From Camelus ferus (Eukaryota), in contig NC_045697.1 in the NCBI RefSeq assembly GCF_009834535.1, positions 1,428,001 to 1,492,000 on the forward strand: a DNA stretch of 64,000 nt. Direction: 5' to 3'. The number at the start of each line of letters is the position of its first letter. Position 1 is the stretch's first letter. Shown here one piece after another: positions 11,451-23,877 of the stretch. The notes below the pieces were generated by a model that was not told the DNA's origin, made no database searches, and saw nothing but the letters and a program-made list of their open reading frames with translations. Both the position numbers and the translations under genes were made by a program.

Positions 11451-13529
11451 ACCATTAATTTGAACTAGGTATCTTTTGCGTGCATTCATTTGCTCTTTGG
11501 ATTTGATTTTCCCCCACTCTTGCCCAAGGTGTGTGATTCCTGTCTGCCTCGTGTTTAGGGTATTTTGTGTTAGTGTGTATGCAGGAAAGTTGCATGGTCA
11601 GCGGCTGACCCAGAAGCCCACAGGTAAGAGGTCATTCTTGGAGCAGAACCACAAGTTCAGGCCCTGGGCTCCCTAATCGAGCAGAATCTTAACCTCAGCC
11701 CTAAGAAGTGAGGTTGGCTCCTGCGGGGCTGTCTCCTTGGTTTGGCCAGTGCTGGCTCGGGAGGGGGGCTCTGAGCAGTGTGGACTGGGGTTGACCTGGG
11801 GTCCTGGCAGTGCAGTGCACGCCCCCGCCCCTGCCCCGGTCAGGGAGAGGGGCCCAGGAGTGCATGGTGTGCCTGTTAGCACTGGGGGAGCTGAGCAGAG
11901 GGAGAGGCCTTGGGACTCCCAGAGTGGGTGACAGCAGAGCTGGCTTTTGCTCATCCACCTTTTTTCTAGTCCTATCAAGTAGTCCCCAGAGATAGAAGAG
12001 GCTAGTGTGCTGGGTGCCTGGGGCCCAGAGGCCTGCCTTCCATTGGAGACCTCTAGAGACAAAACGCAGTTATTTGAATGCTTATTGCGCATTTGCCCTG
12101 CTCCTGGCACCATGCTTGGCTCCGGTGGGTATTGAGAAAGCCGACTATGTCGCTGCCCTCCAGGTCTGTACGTTCATGGAGGGAGGCCGTCCCCCAGGCC
12201 AGTGGAAAATCTAAACTGGCAAAGGGGCGGACAGGAAGGGACACTCAGCTGCACTCCGTGAGGTCTGACACTTGTCTGGACATGAAGGGAGGAAAGGGCC
12301 CTGAGTGTGGACCCCAGCCCCTGCCGCCTGTCATTGCCATAGAGAAATTAGTTTTTTTGCATGTTGTGTATCTGACATCCTTGCAAAGTCTCATTATAGT
12401 AAGAATCTGGGTTCTGTTGAATCTTTTACGTTCACAACCACATCATCTGCAGCGAACTGCCACTCATTCTTGGGCCTTTCTCTCCCGGAACTTTCTGTTG
12501 TCTCCAGTACACTACCACGCATCCACGGCGTTGTGGGGCATCTTTGTGTTTGAGCATTTTCGCCGAGACGCCTTTGCTGTAGGTGCCTGCTAGGTAACCA
12601 ACAGGTAAGGAGCCCTGCGGTAGGGGTTTGTCTTTCATTTGTTTCATTTTGTCACAGTGGATGTCTGACCTTACCAGTTCTGCTTCTACTGAAAAATACG
12701 ACTTTCCCCTTTAGATCAGTTACTGCAGTGTATTACAGCGCCTGACACTTTTCAGTGCACATCCAGCTTTGCGTTTCTAGGATAAGTCCACCTTGTATAG
12801 GAAGACAGAACACCGTGTCGATGCTCAGTTTAGGGTTTTTAAACATCCATGTTCACAGCTCCACTGACCTGTCGTTTTCTTACATTAACTCTGTCAGGTT
12901 ACGCTTGGCTCCCTGCAGCAAGCCTAAGGCGCGTTCTCTCTCTGCCGTGGATTCTAATTAGCTGGTTCCCTGAGCGTGTGGTAGTGCTCAGCAATAAAAC
13001 CTCTGAGCTAGTTTCAGGAACAAAAGATTCTGAAATGCTGATTAGATTTTTTTAAATGTTTGGGAATTGTTTACATTTAAGTCAGTTTGTTAAGTTACAA
13101 GTTTCTGGGAATTTGTATATTTCATCTCTTTACAAGTTTTTGGCATAAAGTTCAAAATATTCTCTTGTAAGCTAATTATCCCTGGTGGCATCTTTTAATC
13201 ATTAACACTAATTTATACTCTCCCTTTTGTTTTTAATCAGTTTTGCCAGATTTGTCAATTTCATATTCTATATATGTTAATTGCAGTGTTGAGTCTTTGT
13301 GGGTCTAGTTCTGAGGCCTTTTATCCCTGCTGGCTGTCACCAGTGATGACTTCCTTGTGTGTTCTGTGGATTTTTTCCTCCCTTACTTTGAACCCATGTA
13401 ACTTGGTACCCTACCTGAAAGTTCTTTGAGACCCGGATTGAACAGGGTTTCCTCCTCCAGAAAGCATTTGCTTGCCCTTGCGTTTATGAGGTGCTTAAGG
13501 TTGTCACCGACTCAAAGCCGCTCTGTTTA

Positions 13530-14130
13530 GCTTTATACTGTGAAGTACAGCACACAAAAAAGCACACCTCACTAAATTACTTTAAAAGTACAGTTCAGTG
13601 AATTATCGTAAAGCGAATGCCCACAAAACATCTGACTGCAGTAAGAAACGACATTGCCAACACCTTAGAAGCCCCTCCTTGTCCTCCCTCCCAGTCAGGA
13701 CCCTTGCCTTTTCCTCCACAGTAATCGCTATTCTGACTTTTATGGAAATCACTCCTTTATAATTAAAGTTTAATCACCAAAGCACACAATCTTAATCACA
13801 TAATTTACTTGGTCTGTTATTTGAACTTTAAGTAGATGGAATCACAATGTGTATTTTTTGGAGAGGCGTGGCTTCTATTGCTCAATATTAGATTAGTGGG
13901 ATGCGTTCTCGTTGTGTAGTTTTCGTTGTGTAGTTTGTTCTTTTTCTTTCCGGTATAGTATATCCTTAGATGACGATGCTTCATTTTATCCATTCTTTCA
14001 GTCATTTAAGCTTTTTTGGCTATTAATAGCCAAACTGAACATTGTGTTTTGTGTTTGTCTCTTGGTACAGTTTTGCTCACATACCTGTTGGACATACACC
14101 TAAGTGTGAAATTAATGGATTATAGAGAGT
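13530..14130 (-). mobile_element. Old L1M 3' end fragment
   Basis: Antisense L1 3' UTR motifs (gaatcacaatgtgtattttt...cttctattgctcaatatt; tacacctaagtgtgaaatt). Confidence 0.6.
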
Positions 14131-14134
14131 GAAC

Positions 14135-17100
14135 ATTCAGGAAAACTCACAAACATGTAGATATTAAACAACATACTTTTAAACAACCCAGCGGTTCAAA
14201 GGAAATTAGAAATTACCTTGAGAAGAACAAAAATGAAAACACAACGTCCAAAACTTAGGGAAGGCAGTGAGCAGTGCTCACAGGGATATTTACAGTTGCA
14301 GACGTCTACGTCAGAAGATCAAATCAACACCCTAATTGTTTGCCTTAAGGAACTAAAAAGAGCAAAGTAAACTCAAAGCTAGCAGAAGGGAAGCGATAAA
14401 GAACAAAGCAGAGAGATGAAGTTGAGGCTAGAAAACAATAGAGAAAACCAAGGACACCGGAAGTTGTTTCTTTGAGGAGGTCAACAAAATTGACAGACCT
14501 TCAGCTAGGCTGACTAAGCAAGAGGGAAGACTCAAACTACGAAAAACAATCAAAGAGGACATCACCGAACTTCTCAAAAATGAGAATTATAAAAGACTAC
14601 TGTGAACACCTGCATGTCAGCAAATTAGACAACAGATGAGATGGACAAGTTCCTAGAAATACTAACCAAAACCGACTCCAGGACAGATAGAAAGTATGAG
14701 TAGACCTATAAAAATGAGGTTGAAACTGTGCAGAACCCCAGCGGAGAGAAGCCCGGAACCAGATGGCTTCATGGAGAGAGTCTAGCAAATGTGTTAAAAA
14801 AAAAAAAAAAAAAAGAATCTTTTTCAAATTCTTCCAAAAAATTCAAGAGGAAGAGGAAACACTTCTAACTCATTTTGTGAAGTCAGTAATGTCCTGATAC
14901 TGAAGCCACACAAAGACACTACAGGAAAAGGAAACGGCAGAGTAAATATCTCGTGAATACAGATGCAAAAATCTTCGACGAAGTGCTCGCGCCCTGGATT
15001 TGGCAGCATGTCGAAAGGGTTACACAGTGACTGGTGTTTTTTCAGGACTGCAAGAGTGGCTCAACCTATGAAAATCAGTACACCACATTAGTAGAAATAA
15101 ACACATGATCATCTCAACTGATGCAAAAAAAGCTTTTGACAAAATCCAGCATCCTTTCATGGAAAAAAAAAAAAAGCATTCAGCAGGCCAGGAATAGAAG
15201 AAGAGTGCCTCAGCATCACAGAAGCCACGTATGAAAAGCCTGTAGTTAACATGCTCAGTGCAGAGGGACACAGCTGTCCCCCAAGGTCAGGAACGAGACG
15301 CTCACCTTCATCACTTACATTCAGCATAGTTCTGGAAGCGTAGCCAGAGCAATCAGGCGAGAAAGAAAGGCAAGATACCCAAGTTAGAAACAAGGAGAAG
15401 CATCTGCAGGTGACCCCTGGGTAATCCACAGCACACTCACAGTTACAGGGTACAGATTCACAAATCGGTTGTATTTCTGTACACCATCAACAATCTGAAA
15501 GGGAAATTAAGAAAATTCCATTTTCAATAGCATCAGAAAGAATAAATTAGGAATAAATTTAACCAAGTAGGCACAAAATGTGTACACTGAGACACTGGTG
15601 AAAGAACCGTCACCACAAAAGACGTAAACCTAAATAAGCAGGCGTCCCATACTCATGGTTTGGGAGACTTAGCACTGGTAAGATGGCAGCGCAGTCCCTC
15701 CCAGACTCCAGCCCCAATGGCAATTTCTATAGAAATGGAAAAACCCATCTTAAAATTCGTGTGGGATTCCCAGGGACCCAGGACAGCCAAAACAACCTTG
15801 AAAACGACTCACTTCCCAGTTAGAAAACTTCTCATAAGGGAACAGGGATCAAAAGTGTGGTGCTGGCACGGGGACAGACATACAAACCAATGGAATAAGA
15901 TTGAGAGCCCAGAAATAAACCGTCACTTCTGTGGCCAAATGATTTTCACAAGGTTTCAAAACCATTCAGTGGAGAAAGAAAGGTCTCTCCAACAACTGGT
16001 GCTTGGATAATTGGATATTCATATGCCAAAGAATTCAACCATTTATAAGAATTAATGAAAAATGGATCAAAGTTCTAAATTTAAGAGCTACAACTATAAA
16101 ATTCTTATAAGAAAACACAGACATGATTATTCATGACTTTGGATTTGGCAGTGGCTTCTTCAATATGACAACAAAAATATGGGCAACAAAAGGAAAAATA
16201 AATTTGACTTCATTAAAATTACAACTTTTTGTGCATCAAAGGACACTATCAGGAGAATGAAAAGACAACCCACCTACAGAATGGGAGAAAATATTTGCAA
16301 GTCTTCTATCTGATAAGGAACTAATAACCAGAATATAAAGTGCTCCTATAACTCAACAAGAACAAAAGTCAGACAGCCCAACTTAAAAATTCCCAAAACC
16401 TACGGAATGGGAGAAAATATTTGCAAAAGGTAAAAATTGGCAAAGGACTGAAGTAGATGTTTTTCCAAAGAAGATATACAAGTGACCGATAAGCACGCGC
16501 AGGGGACACAGCAGATTAGCCACGAGTGAAACGTGTGTCAAAACCACAGGGAGACACCACTTCACACCCCTTAGAAAGGGCCGTTACCAACAACAGGACG
16601 CGCGTGTTGGTGAGGACGCACAGAAAGAAACTGGAACACTTGTGCATTGCCGGTAGAAATATAAAATGCCCAAGTGCTCTAGAAGACAGTTTAGTGGGTC
16701 CTCAAAAGGTTCTATATAGAATTACCATATGATCTAGCAATTTCACTCCAGATAGATACCCCAAATAACTGAAAGCAGGGCCTCAGACAGGTAACTCGTA
16801 CACCACGGTTCATAGCAACGTTGTTCACAACAGCCGAAGGGAGAAACAACCCAAACGCCTTCCAGCAGACGAACAGATAAGACATGGCGTGGCATATGCA
16901 CACAGTGGGTTATTACTCAGCCTGAAGAAGGAAAGACATTCTGGCACATACTTACCACATGGGTGAACCTTGATAACACACGAAGTGAAATAAGCTAGAC
17001 ATCAAAGTACAAATATTGTATGATTCCACTTAACATACCTACAATAGGCAAACTCATAGAAACAAAGTAGACTAGAGGTTAACGGGGCCTGGGAGTAGAA

Positions 17101-17292
17101 GGGAAAAGGACGTATTGTTTGATGGGCACCGAGTATCTGGGATGGTGAAACATTCTGGAAATGGATAGTGGTGATGGCTGGACAGCACTGTGAATGTAGC
17201 TAATGCCAACTGAATTGTACACTTGAAAAAGATTAAAATGGTGAATTCTGCATTATATATATATATTTGCCACAATTTTTAAAAATTAAAAA
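14135..17292 (+). mobile_element. L1M (L1MB-like) LINE: degenerate ORF2 plus 3' UTR
   Basis: A-rich sense strand with ORF2 peptides (EMEKPILKFVW, WCWHGDRHTNQWNKIESPEIN) and an L1MB-type 3' end (aaaatggtgaattctgcattatatatatatttgccacaattt). Confidence 0.88.
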
Positions 17293-17425
17293 AGCTGGCA
17301 TAAAATAATCATATCTATATCTAGATATAAAATCTTATATATATTTCATTTATATACATTTGGTCTTTATTCCTTTCTTCATTTCCATCTGGAGCAATTT
17401 TCCTATTGCCCAGAAAACTTCCTTT

Positions 17426-17555
17426 GGGAGGTTGGGTACAGCTCAGTGGTAGAGTGCATGCCTAGCATGCTCGAGGTCCTGGGTTCAATCCTTAGTACCT
17501 CCATTTAAAATAAATAAATTACCTGCCCCCCAAAACAAAACAAAACAAAAAACAA
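17426..17555 (+). mobile_element. Vic-1-like camelid tRNA-derived SINE
   Basis: A box (agctcagtggtagag), B box (ggttcaatcc) and A-rich tail, with an imperfect TSD. Confidence 0.85.
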
Positions 17556-17687
17556 AGAACCTTCTTTAGTATTTCTTTTAGTGAGTTCCTGCTGGCAATA
17601 AATTCTATTTTTGTTTATCTGAAAATGCCATTATTTTACCTTCATTCTTGCATGATATTTTTGTTTCTAAGTAAAAAAAATACAGGT

Positions 17688-17895
17688 TGCTGTCTAATAT
17701 GGTTGTCGTAAGTCGCGTGTCTGTTGAGTACTCAGAACACAGTGACTCCAAACGTGGAGAGCCTGGAAGTGTAAATAGGACACAGGATTCTGAAAACTTA
17801 GTATAAAAAAAGTGTTAATAATTGTGTATTGATTACATGTTTTAGTCATGATGTTTCGAATATGTTGTGTTAAATAAAACATTAAGATTTTTTAA
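17688..17895 (-). mobile_element. MER33-like hAT-Charlie MITE fragment
   Basis: Resembles the reverse complement of MER33 (ctgtctaatatgg...ttgattacatgtt...gttaaataaaa). Confidence 0.6.
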
Positions 17896-20245
17896 AATTA
17901 GAAGTTGGCAGTTTTTTCCTTAATTACTCTGTCATTCGATCGCTCCCTAGCTTCATTGCTGTTGCAGTCGGCTGTCACGTACCTCTGGAGACAGGAAAAT
18001 CTTCTTTGACTTTTTGTCTTTGTCTGTGTTTTCAGCAGCGGGGCAGTGATGTGCTTACCCTTTGGTGTGGTCTGTTTGCCGTTTCATGGAGAGACCTGGA
18101 ACTGTGGGTAAATATCAGTTCTGGAGAATCTGCTTCGGGGGCCTTCTCTCCCCTTGCCTTTGGGACACCAGTTGCGTGCATTTAAACTTTAAGCTGTGTC
18201 ATCTGTTTTCTGTTCTCTTCGCTGTTTTATCAGTTTTTTTCTCTCTGTGCTAGTTGTTTTATATTGAATTTTCTTCTAATTATTAATCCTTTCATGTACT
18301 ATGTCTCACCTATTAATTTATTGAAGTCTTAATTTCAGTTACTTTATTTTTCAGTTCTAGTTAATCTTCTTATAGATTTCAATTCTTGGGTGAAATTCTC
18401 CATTCTTTCATCTGTTTTTTACATCTTTTTCTCCTTTCTTAAACATATTAACTACTGTTACAATATATCTTTGTCTACTAACTCCAATATGTGACTCACC
18501 TATGGGCTTTTGTAGCCTTCTGCTTTTTTATTTTCTGTAAAATGGCCCTGTGTCTTGACCTGCCTACAAAATTTTAACTGAAAGCTGACTTGTGTATAAA
18601 AGATTGCAGAGGCTACAGACGATATCTTCCTCTGCCCCGCAAGTGGAGCCGGTGCTCCTCACCTTAATCTGGTCTAAACTACGTGAAGGCTGCGTTGCTG
18701 GCGGGTAGGGTTCTGTCCACCGCGGGTTCACTCCCCACCCTTAGGACACCATTAAGGGCTTCGCACTGAGCACCGGAGTTCCTGACCCTGGTGAGTCCTA
18801 CCTCAGTTATAAGATGAAGGGGACTTAACAGCCTCTGTGAGAAATACATCTACTGGTATTTTAGGGGTTTTCTGTTACTGTGTTAGTCTGTTTACCTGAA
18901 AAAGATAATTTGAATGTCCAAAATTGGGTTTTTTTGTCTCCATACATGATCGACAGTTTGGCTGACTATACAATTCTACCTTGTATGTGATTTTCTTTCA
19001 GAATTGTAAAGGGCTCCTCCACTACTTGGCACTGAACGTCATGAGCGTTATTGCTCAGTGAGATTCGTGTTCCTGCCTTTTTTTTTTTTTTTAAATGTGA
19101 TTTCCTTTTTTCTCTCTGAATGTTTTAGGCTGTTTACCTCTGGTTCCCTCCAGTCAGTCACCATCATTGGTGGACTCTTTCAATCTGGACATTCAAGTCC
19201 TTACTTCTGATAAATTGTATTTCTTTCAAAAGTTACTTCCCTCCATTTTTTCCCCTAGAGTTCGTATTGGAAAGTAGTTGGACCTCATGGATTGAGATTT
19301 TAAGTCTCATTTCTCTCTGATTTTCTGTGTCTTTTTGTTCTACTTACTGAATAATTTCCTTAACTTTATCTTGCAACCCTTCTATTGAATTTCTTTTACA
19401 ATTTTGGCTGTATTTTTAATTTCAAGACTCCTTTCTTGAACGTCCCTGAGGCTATTAGCAGTTTTTGAGAAATATTTTGATTCCTTCCATTGACAGCTTC
19501 TTTGCCTGCTCCCCTTCACACACACGTTTTTATATCTGCGCTTGAGCCATTTCTTAAATGACTGGTGATCCTTGACTTTTCCTTCATGTCTACAAGTGAC
19601 ATGCTTAGAGGCTGATCAGAAGCTCCACAGAGCAGAGCTTCTGACCTGAGGGCTTCAATTTTGGGTGCACATGAACAGCTGCCTGACTCTTTGGGATCCC
19701 AAACATGAATATGGCCATATCCATTCTCACACTGTAGTTTCTGCAGAGAATTCTCTGTGCTCTGCTAGGGTGGCGTGGGTTGGGGAAGCCCGCTGCTGGA
19801 GTTTTGCTTGGGGCTGCTTGGGGCATGGAAATGGCTTGAGAAGGGGTGTCCAACTGTCATTTCTGCAGACTTAACAAAGTCAGAAATTAGAAAAGGCTAT
19901 CTAGGTTCATTATTATGTAATGCTCACTGGTTATGAATTGTGAGATCATGAACTTACCTGATTTTTCTTATACAATTGCCTTGTTACCAGTACGTATTCA
20001 TATCTTGATTAATATTTACTGCACATGAAAGTGATAAATCTTCACTTTTACAGAAACACCCAGCATATGCCACCCTTCCCATGAAGGTGGTTCTGAGAGC
20101 CCTCCAGGACCACGAGGTGCTTGGAGTGGCATCTCCATGCCTGACTCCTCCCCTCCCTATGACGGCTGTGCTCCCGCGAGACTGAGCTGCCGTCACTGTT
20201 ATGAGGATACAAAGACCTTTCTGGCCCTAAGTCCTGAATCTCCCT

Positions 20246-20779
20246 TGTGACGGTTATTTTAGGTCAACTTGGCTGGGCCATAGGGCGGCCAGACATTCGG
20301 TCAAACATGACTCTGGATGTGTCTGCTGAGGGTGTTTCCGGGTGAGATTAGCCCTGGAATCGGTGGACTGAGTGAAGCAGGCTGCCCTCCCCATCCAAGC
20401 AGTTGAAGGCCTGAATAGAACAAAAAGACGACAACTGCTGCCTGAGTGCCTCCAAGCTGAATCAGTTATTTTTTTCCTACCTTTGGACTCAAACTGAAAC
20501 AGCTCTTCTTGGGTCTCAAGCCTGCTGACTTTGGCCTAGAACAACACCATCAGCCCTCCGGGGTCTCAGGCCCACGGACTTGCACTACACCACGGGCTCT
20601 CTGAGGTTTCCAGCTTGCTGACTGCAGGTCTTGGGACGTGTCAGCTTCCGTCACTGTGTGAGCCAGGTCCTTCAAATAAATAGGTATATATCTTTATCTA
20701 CCTATCTATCTATATAAATCTATAGATAGATAGATAGATATCTCCTATTGGAGCTGTTTCTCTGGAGAACACTAACACA
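20246..20779 (+). mobile_element. MLT2 (ERVL) solo LTR
   Basis: TG...CA termini, the hallmark start (tgtgacggttattttaggtcaacttggctggg) and end (ctattgg..ctgtttctctggagaac..taacaca), and an approximate 5-bp TSD tccct/ttcct. Confidence 0.85.
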
Positions 20780-20784
20780 TTCCT

Positions 20785-20960
20785 CAAGGGGGTGAAAATT
20801 GACTCTTAAGGGGAGAAACAGACCTGTAGATACTACAATGGTTTGTGGCCCTCCAAAGTTCAACCCTGCCAGACAAAATCTTATTCCTTAGTATTCTCTC
20901 CTTAATTTCTTACTAATTTTTCCTTAGGAGATGATGAAAAGCAAAAGTTGGGAACCACTG
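20785..20960. mobile_element. hAT-Charlie-type MER fragment
   Basis: Ends in aaagttgggaaccactg, a Charlie-type terminal inverted repeat. Confidence 0.5.
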
Positions 20961-20964
20961 CTTT

Positions 20965-21800
20965 ATGCCTTTTCTTCCTAACTTCTGTCTGCTAGGAGCA
21001 CCCTCTCCACACCCTGTGAGGCTGTCGTAAGTGTCCCGGCCTCTAATCTTGCTCCCCTGATATCCACTCTCAACATAACAGCCAGGGTTTTCTCAAAAAT
21101 GTACAACCTGCCATGAAAGTCCCTACTCAAAACCCTCCAGGGCTCCCAGCTGCATTTAGAATAGAACCCAACATACATGGAGGATGTGGCTTCTGCCACT
21201 TCCATTTGCTCCAGTTGTGACGGCTGCTGTTGGTTCCTGGGATTTGCTGAGCTTTCCCCTGCTCCAGGGTCTTGAATTTCTGAAAGTTCTTTGCTCTGAC
21301 AGTGACTGGCTCTGGCTCACCTCTTCAGAGAGGGTTCCCCTGTCTCCAGCCACCCGAGGAACTCCCGATCGATTCACGATGTGCTCTGCTGGAACCCAAA
21401 AGTCTCACTGCAGCCACACTTGAGTTGAAATCTGGGCTCTGCCTCTGACTATCTGGGTGAGTCTGGGCAAAGCCCTCACCAAGTACAAACGTACAGTTTC
21501 TCACCTGTTGGCTGTTGGTGCCTATCTTGAGAATGGTTGTGTGGATTAAATGAGATGATTTAGCAGCAGGCAGAGGGCTGGTGCATAATTGGTTGACAAG
21601 TGGTCATGATTACGTCATTCATCCATCCAGCAAATACTGGTATGCGCCCAGCCCTTGCCTGGCAGGAGCTGGGGTTCAGAGGTGCAGGAGGTAGACACTC
21701 CCATGTTTTATCCCCTGACTTCATGTTTCTGGGGATACTGGTGAATACCAAGAATCCCAGTCCAGCACAATGTGCTCTGACAAGAGAAAGCACAGGGGCT
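20965..21800. mobile_element. Cluster of L2 and MIR fragments
   Basis: L2-like (ccctactcaaaaccctccagggctccc), MIR core (ttgaaatctgggctctgcc...gttgtgtggattaaatgagatga) and an antisense L2 3' end (tcattcatccatccagcaaatact). Confidence 0.6.
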
Positions 21801-23014
21801 GCGGGGAGCAGGGAGTGTCTGACTCAGCCTGTGTGGGGAGGGAGGCAGCCCAAAACACTGCCCACCCAGGGGGGTGCCAGGACAGGCATCCCAACCCACC
21901 CTCTCAAACTCCACCTTCAGCAGCAGGGTCATTCAAAGTCCTCCAGGAGGGGTGACAGGTCTTTATTCCGCCCACACAACGTGGAGTCTGAAAGCCTTTA
22001 AGCAGAGGGTTGATCTGATCATATTCGCTCATCCGTTTGCGGCATGAAGAACGGGTCAGAGGATTAGAAGGCGGCGGCTGCAGCGGGGGGCAAGAGTGAC
22101 GGTGAGGCAGTGAGACCTGGCAGACCCAGAGCTAACGGTTGTGGGGCCCAGGAAAGAGTGCAAATAGAGGCGCTCATACCATACATCCTAGTGCCGATCT
22201 CCTCTGCATCTCTGCCCGGTAGTCAGTCATGAAACCAAAGACGGGAAAACACATCTTTTATGCCTCAATGTATGTGATGGGTGAGGCCCTCTGGAGTGCA
22301 GGGCCCAGGCAAGGCACCCCTGTGGTCCAGATCTAAGGGCAGAACTGTACCTGGGGCTTGCTGATGATGGGCAAAGCGCCCAGCAAGGAGGAAGGTCCGG
22401 GCGCAGCAGCCCCGCTGGAAGGCCTGGGAGGGTCTGACGGGGTTCGCGGTGGGTGAATGAGAGGTTGTGAGAAATGGCTGGACGCCCCCGGGACCTTGCA
22501 GGGTCGCAAGGCACCAGGAGCCCAGGCGACGGCTGCAGGGGGCCGCAGGGAGAGAGCGAGTTTGGAAGGGCGCCTCTAGGGCAGGCGTTCCAAGCTACAG
22601 GCCAGGTGTGCCGGCCTGCAGCCGCCCCATCGCCCAGGGCGGACCCCGACCCGGCGACGGCCGGGCCCAGAGCCCTCCGGAACCCGCCCAGCCTACGAGG
22701 CGGGTCATCCTCGTCCCACGGAGTCACCTGGACCCGGGCGAGGGGCCAGGCCCAAGGTCAAAGAGCCAGCTAGCGGAGGAGGCGGATTCGAACCCGGAGC
22801 CGGGCCAAGGTCACCGGGCCTCTTCTAGCGGGCCAGAGCCGCGGCGGCCGCCTGGCTCATCCTGGGGGCCGGGCCGAGCTGCGGACCCGGCGGTAGGGGC
22901 GCAAGGCGCGTGGGCGTCTGGGAGCCTGTCAAAGAGGCGGAACTCCTCGCCGCCAGCCTTGTAGTTCGCGCACTGTGAGCGACGCGGCTCTGCGCGGGCC
23001 GGACCCCTCCGCCC

Positions 23015-23034
23015 GACTACAACTCCCAGAAGGC
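23015..23034 (+). promoter_or_regulatory. ZNF143 (SBS)/THAP11-type motif GACTACAACTCCCAGAAGGC
   Basis: Matches the ACTACAnnTCCCAG promoter motif. An ETS-like GGAAGTG (23051-23057) and CRE-like TGACATCA (23074-23081) lie nearby. Confidence 0.8.
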
Positions 23035-23387
23035 CGCGCGCAGCGGGAGGGGAAGTGCGGAGCGAGCGCGGGGTGACATCATCCCCGCATCCTTCTCCCC
23101 AACTCGAGCCCCTCGCGGCGTTCTGGCGTACGGACGCGCGCGGCCTGAAGGGAATCGTGGTCCCCACGCTTGGCGCCTCCAGCGGCGGCGCCGGCGTGCA
23201 GACTCCAGGTCCCGGCGTGCCCTGCGCGCCGGCGTACGTTAACGGCGGGAGGGGCTGGCGCGGCAGAGGGGGAGCGGCGCAAGGGAGGGCGGAGTAAGGC
23301 GGGGGGGGAGGGCGCCCACACCCCTCCCCCTCCCTGCCGCTCCTTCCCCCTCCCCCGACGTAAACTGGGATCCCTTTCCCCTTGTGT

Positions 23388-23397
23388 CCGCCATATT
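23388..23397 (+). promoter_or_regulatory. YY1 motif CCGCCATATT near the probable FAM193A TSS
   Basis: Matches YY1 consensus CCGCCATnTT, about 250 bp upstream of the ATG. Confidence 0.6.
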
Positions 23398-23643
23398 GGA
23401 CTCTAACTCTGGTCAGCGGCGGCGCCGGGCCCGGTGGACTCGCCGTTGCTCCCACCCAGCGGCCGCCCCGCAGCTCCTGCCCGCCCGGCCCTCCCCGCCC
23501 GGAGGCGACCCCGCGCAGCGCCCCCGCCCGCGGCCGGCCGGAGCGCCCCGCCGCCGCCTCAGCCTCCCCGCCTTCCCCGCCCTCCGCCGCCGCCCGCGGC
23601 CCCGCGCCCGCTCCGCGCCTTACCCGCCCGCCGCCCGCCCGCC

Positions 23644-23877
23644 ATGAGCCCGGCCGACGCCAAGCGCGGGGCCAAGCGCCGGAAGAACAAGCGGGGCGGC
23701 GGCGGCGGCTCGGGCGGGGGCAACGGCGGCGCGGGCGGCGGCAAGGCCGGCCCGGCGGCAGCGCTGCGCGGCTCCCAGGCCGCGGGCCTGGCGGCCCCGG
23801 GCGGCGCGGCGGCGGCCAACGGGCCCCTCGGCGCGGGCGCGGGCGCGGGCGGCGCCGCCCCCGGAGGCTACTTCGAG
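23644..23877 (+). CDS. FAM193A: FAM193A first coding exon (MSPADAKRGAKRRKNKRGGGGGSGGG...GGYFE), 78 codons, phase-0 donor
   Basis: Kozak-like gccATGa, a basic NLS-like KRRKNKR, a Gly/Ala-rich tract and donor GAG|gtaagc. The N-terminus matches the remembered long FAM193A isoform, and RNF4-FAM193A synteny is known in mammals. Confidence 0.9.

Larger units (their letters stand above)
9425..11470 (+). other. RNF4: RNF4 3' UTR (~2 kb)
   Basis: Non-repetitive sequence after the stop codon, ending in an AU-rich block. It has a Pumilio-type TGTACATA (11356-11363) and AATAAA, followed by U/GU-rich sequence. The 3' end is inferred. Confidence 0.75.

Noticed and set aside
12300..12960. Faint resemblance of minus-strand translations (YW..., YYN..., HNM...LW, KVVFF) to alpha-2,8-sialyltransferase C-terminal motifs
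   Set aside because: Motif spacing does not fit, frames are broken and no sialylmotif L was found, so it cannot be supported by eye. A TBLASTN/HMM search with sialyltransferase profiles would be decisive.
17426..17500. tRNA-like A and B boxes (also in the six other copies)
   Set aside because: They are SINE heads with A-rich tails and TSDs, not tRNA genes.
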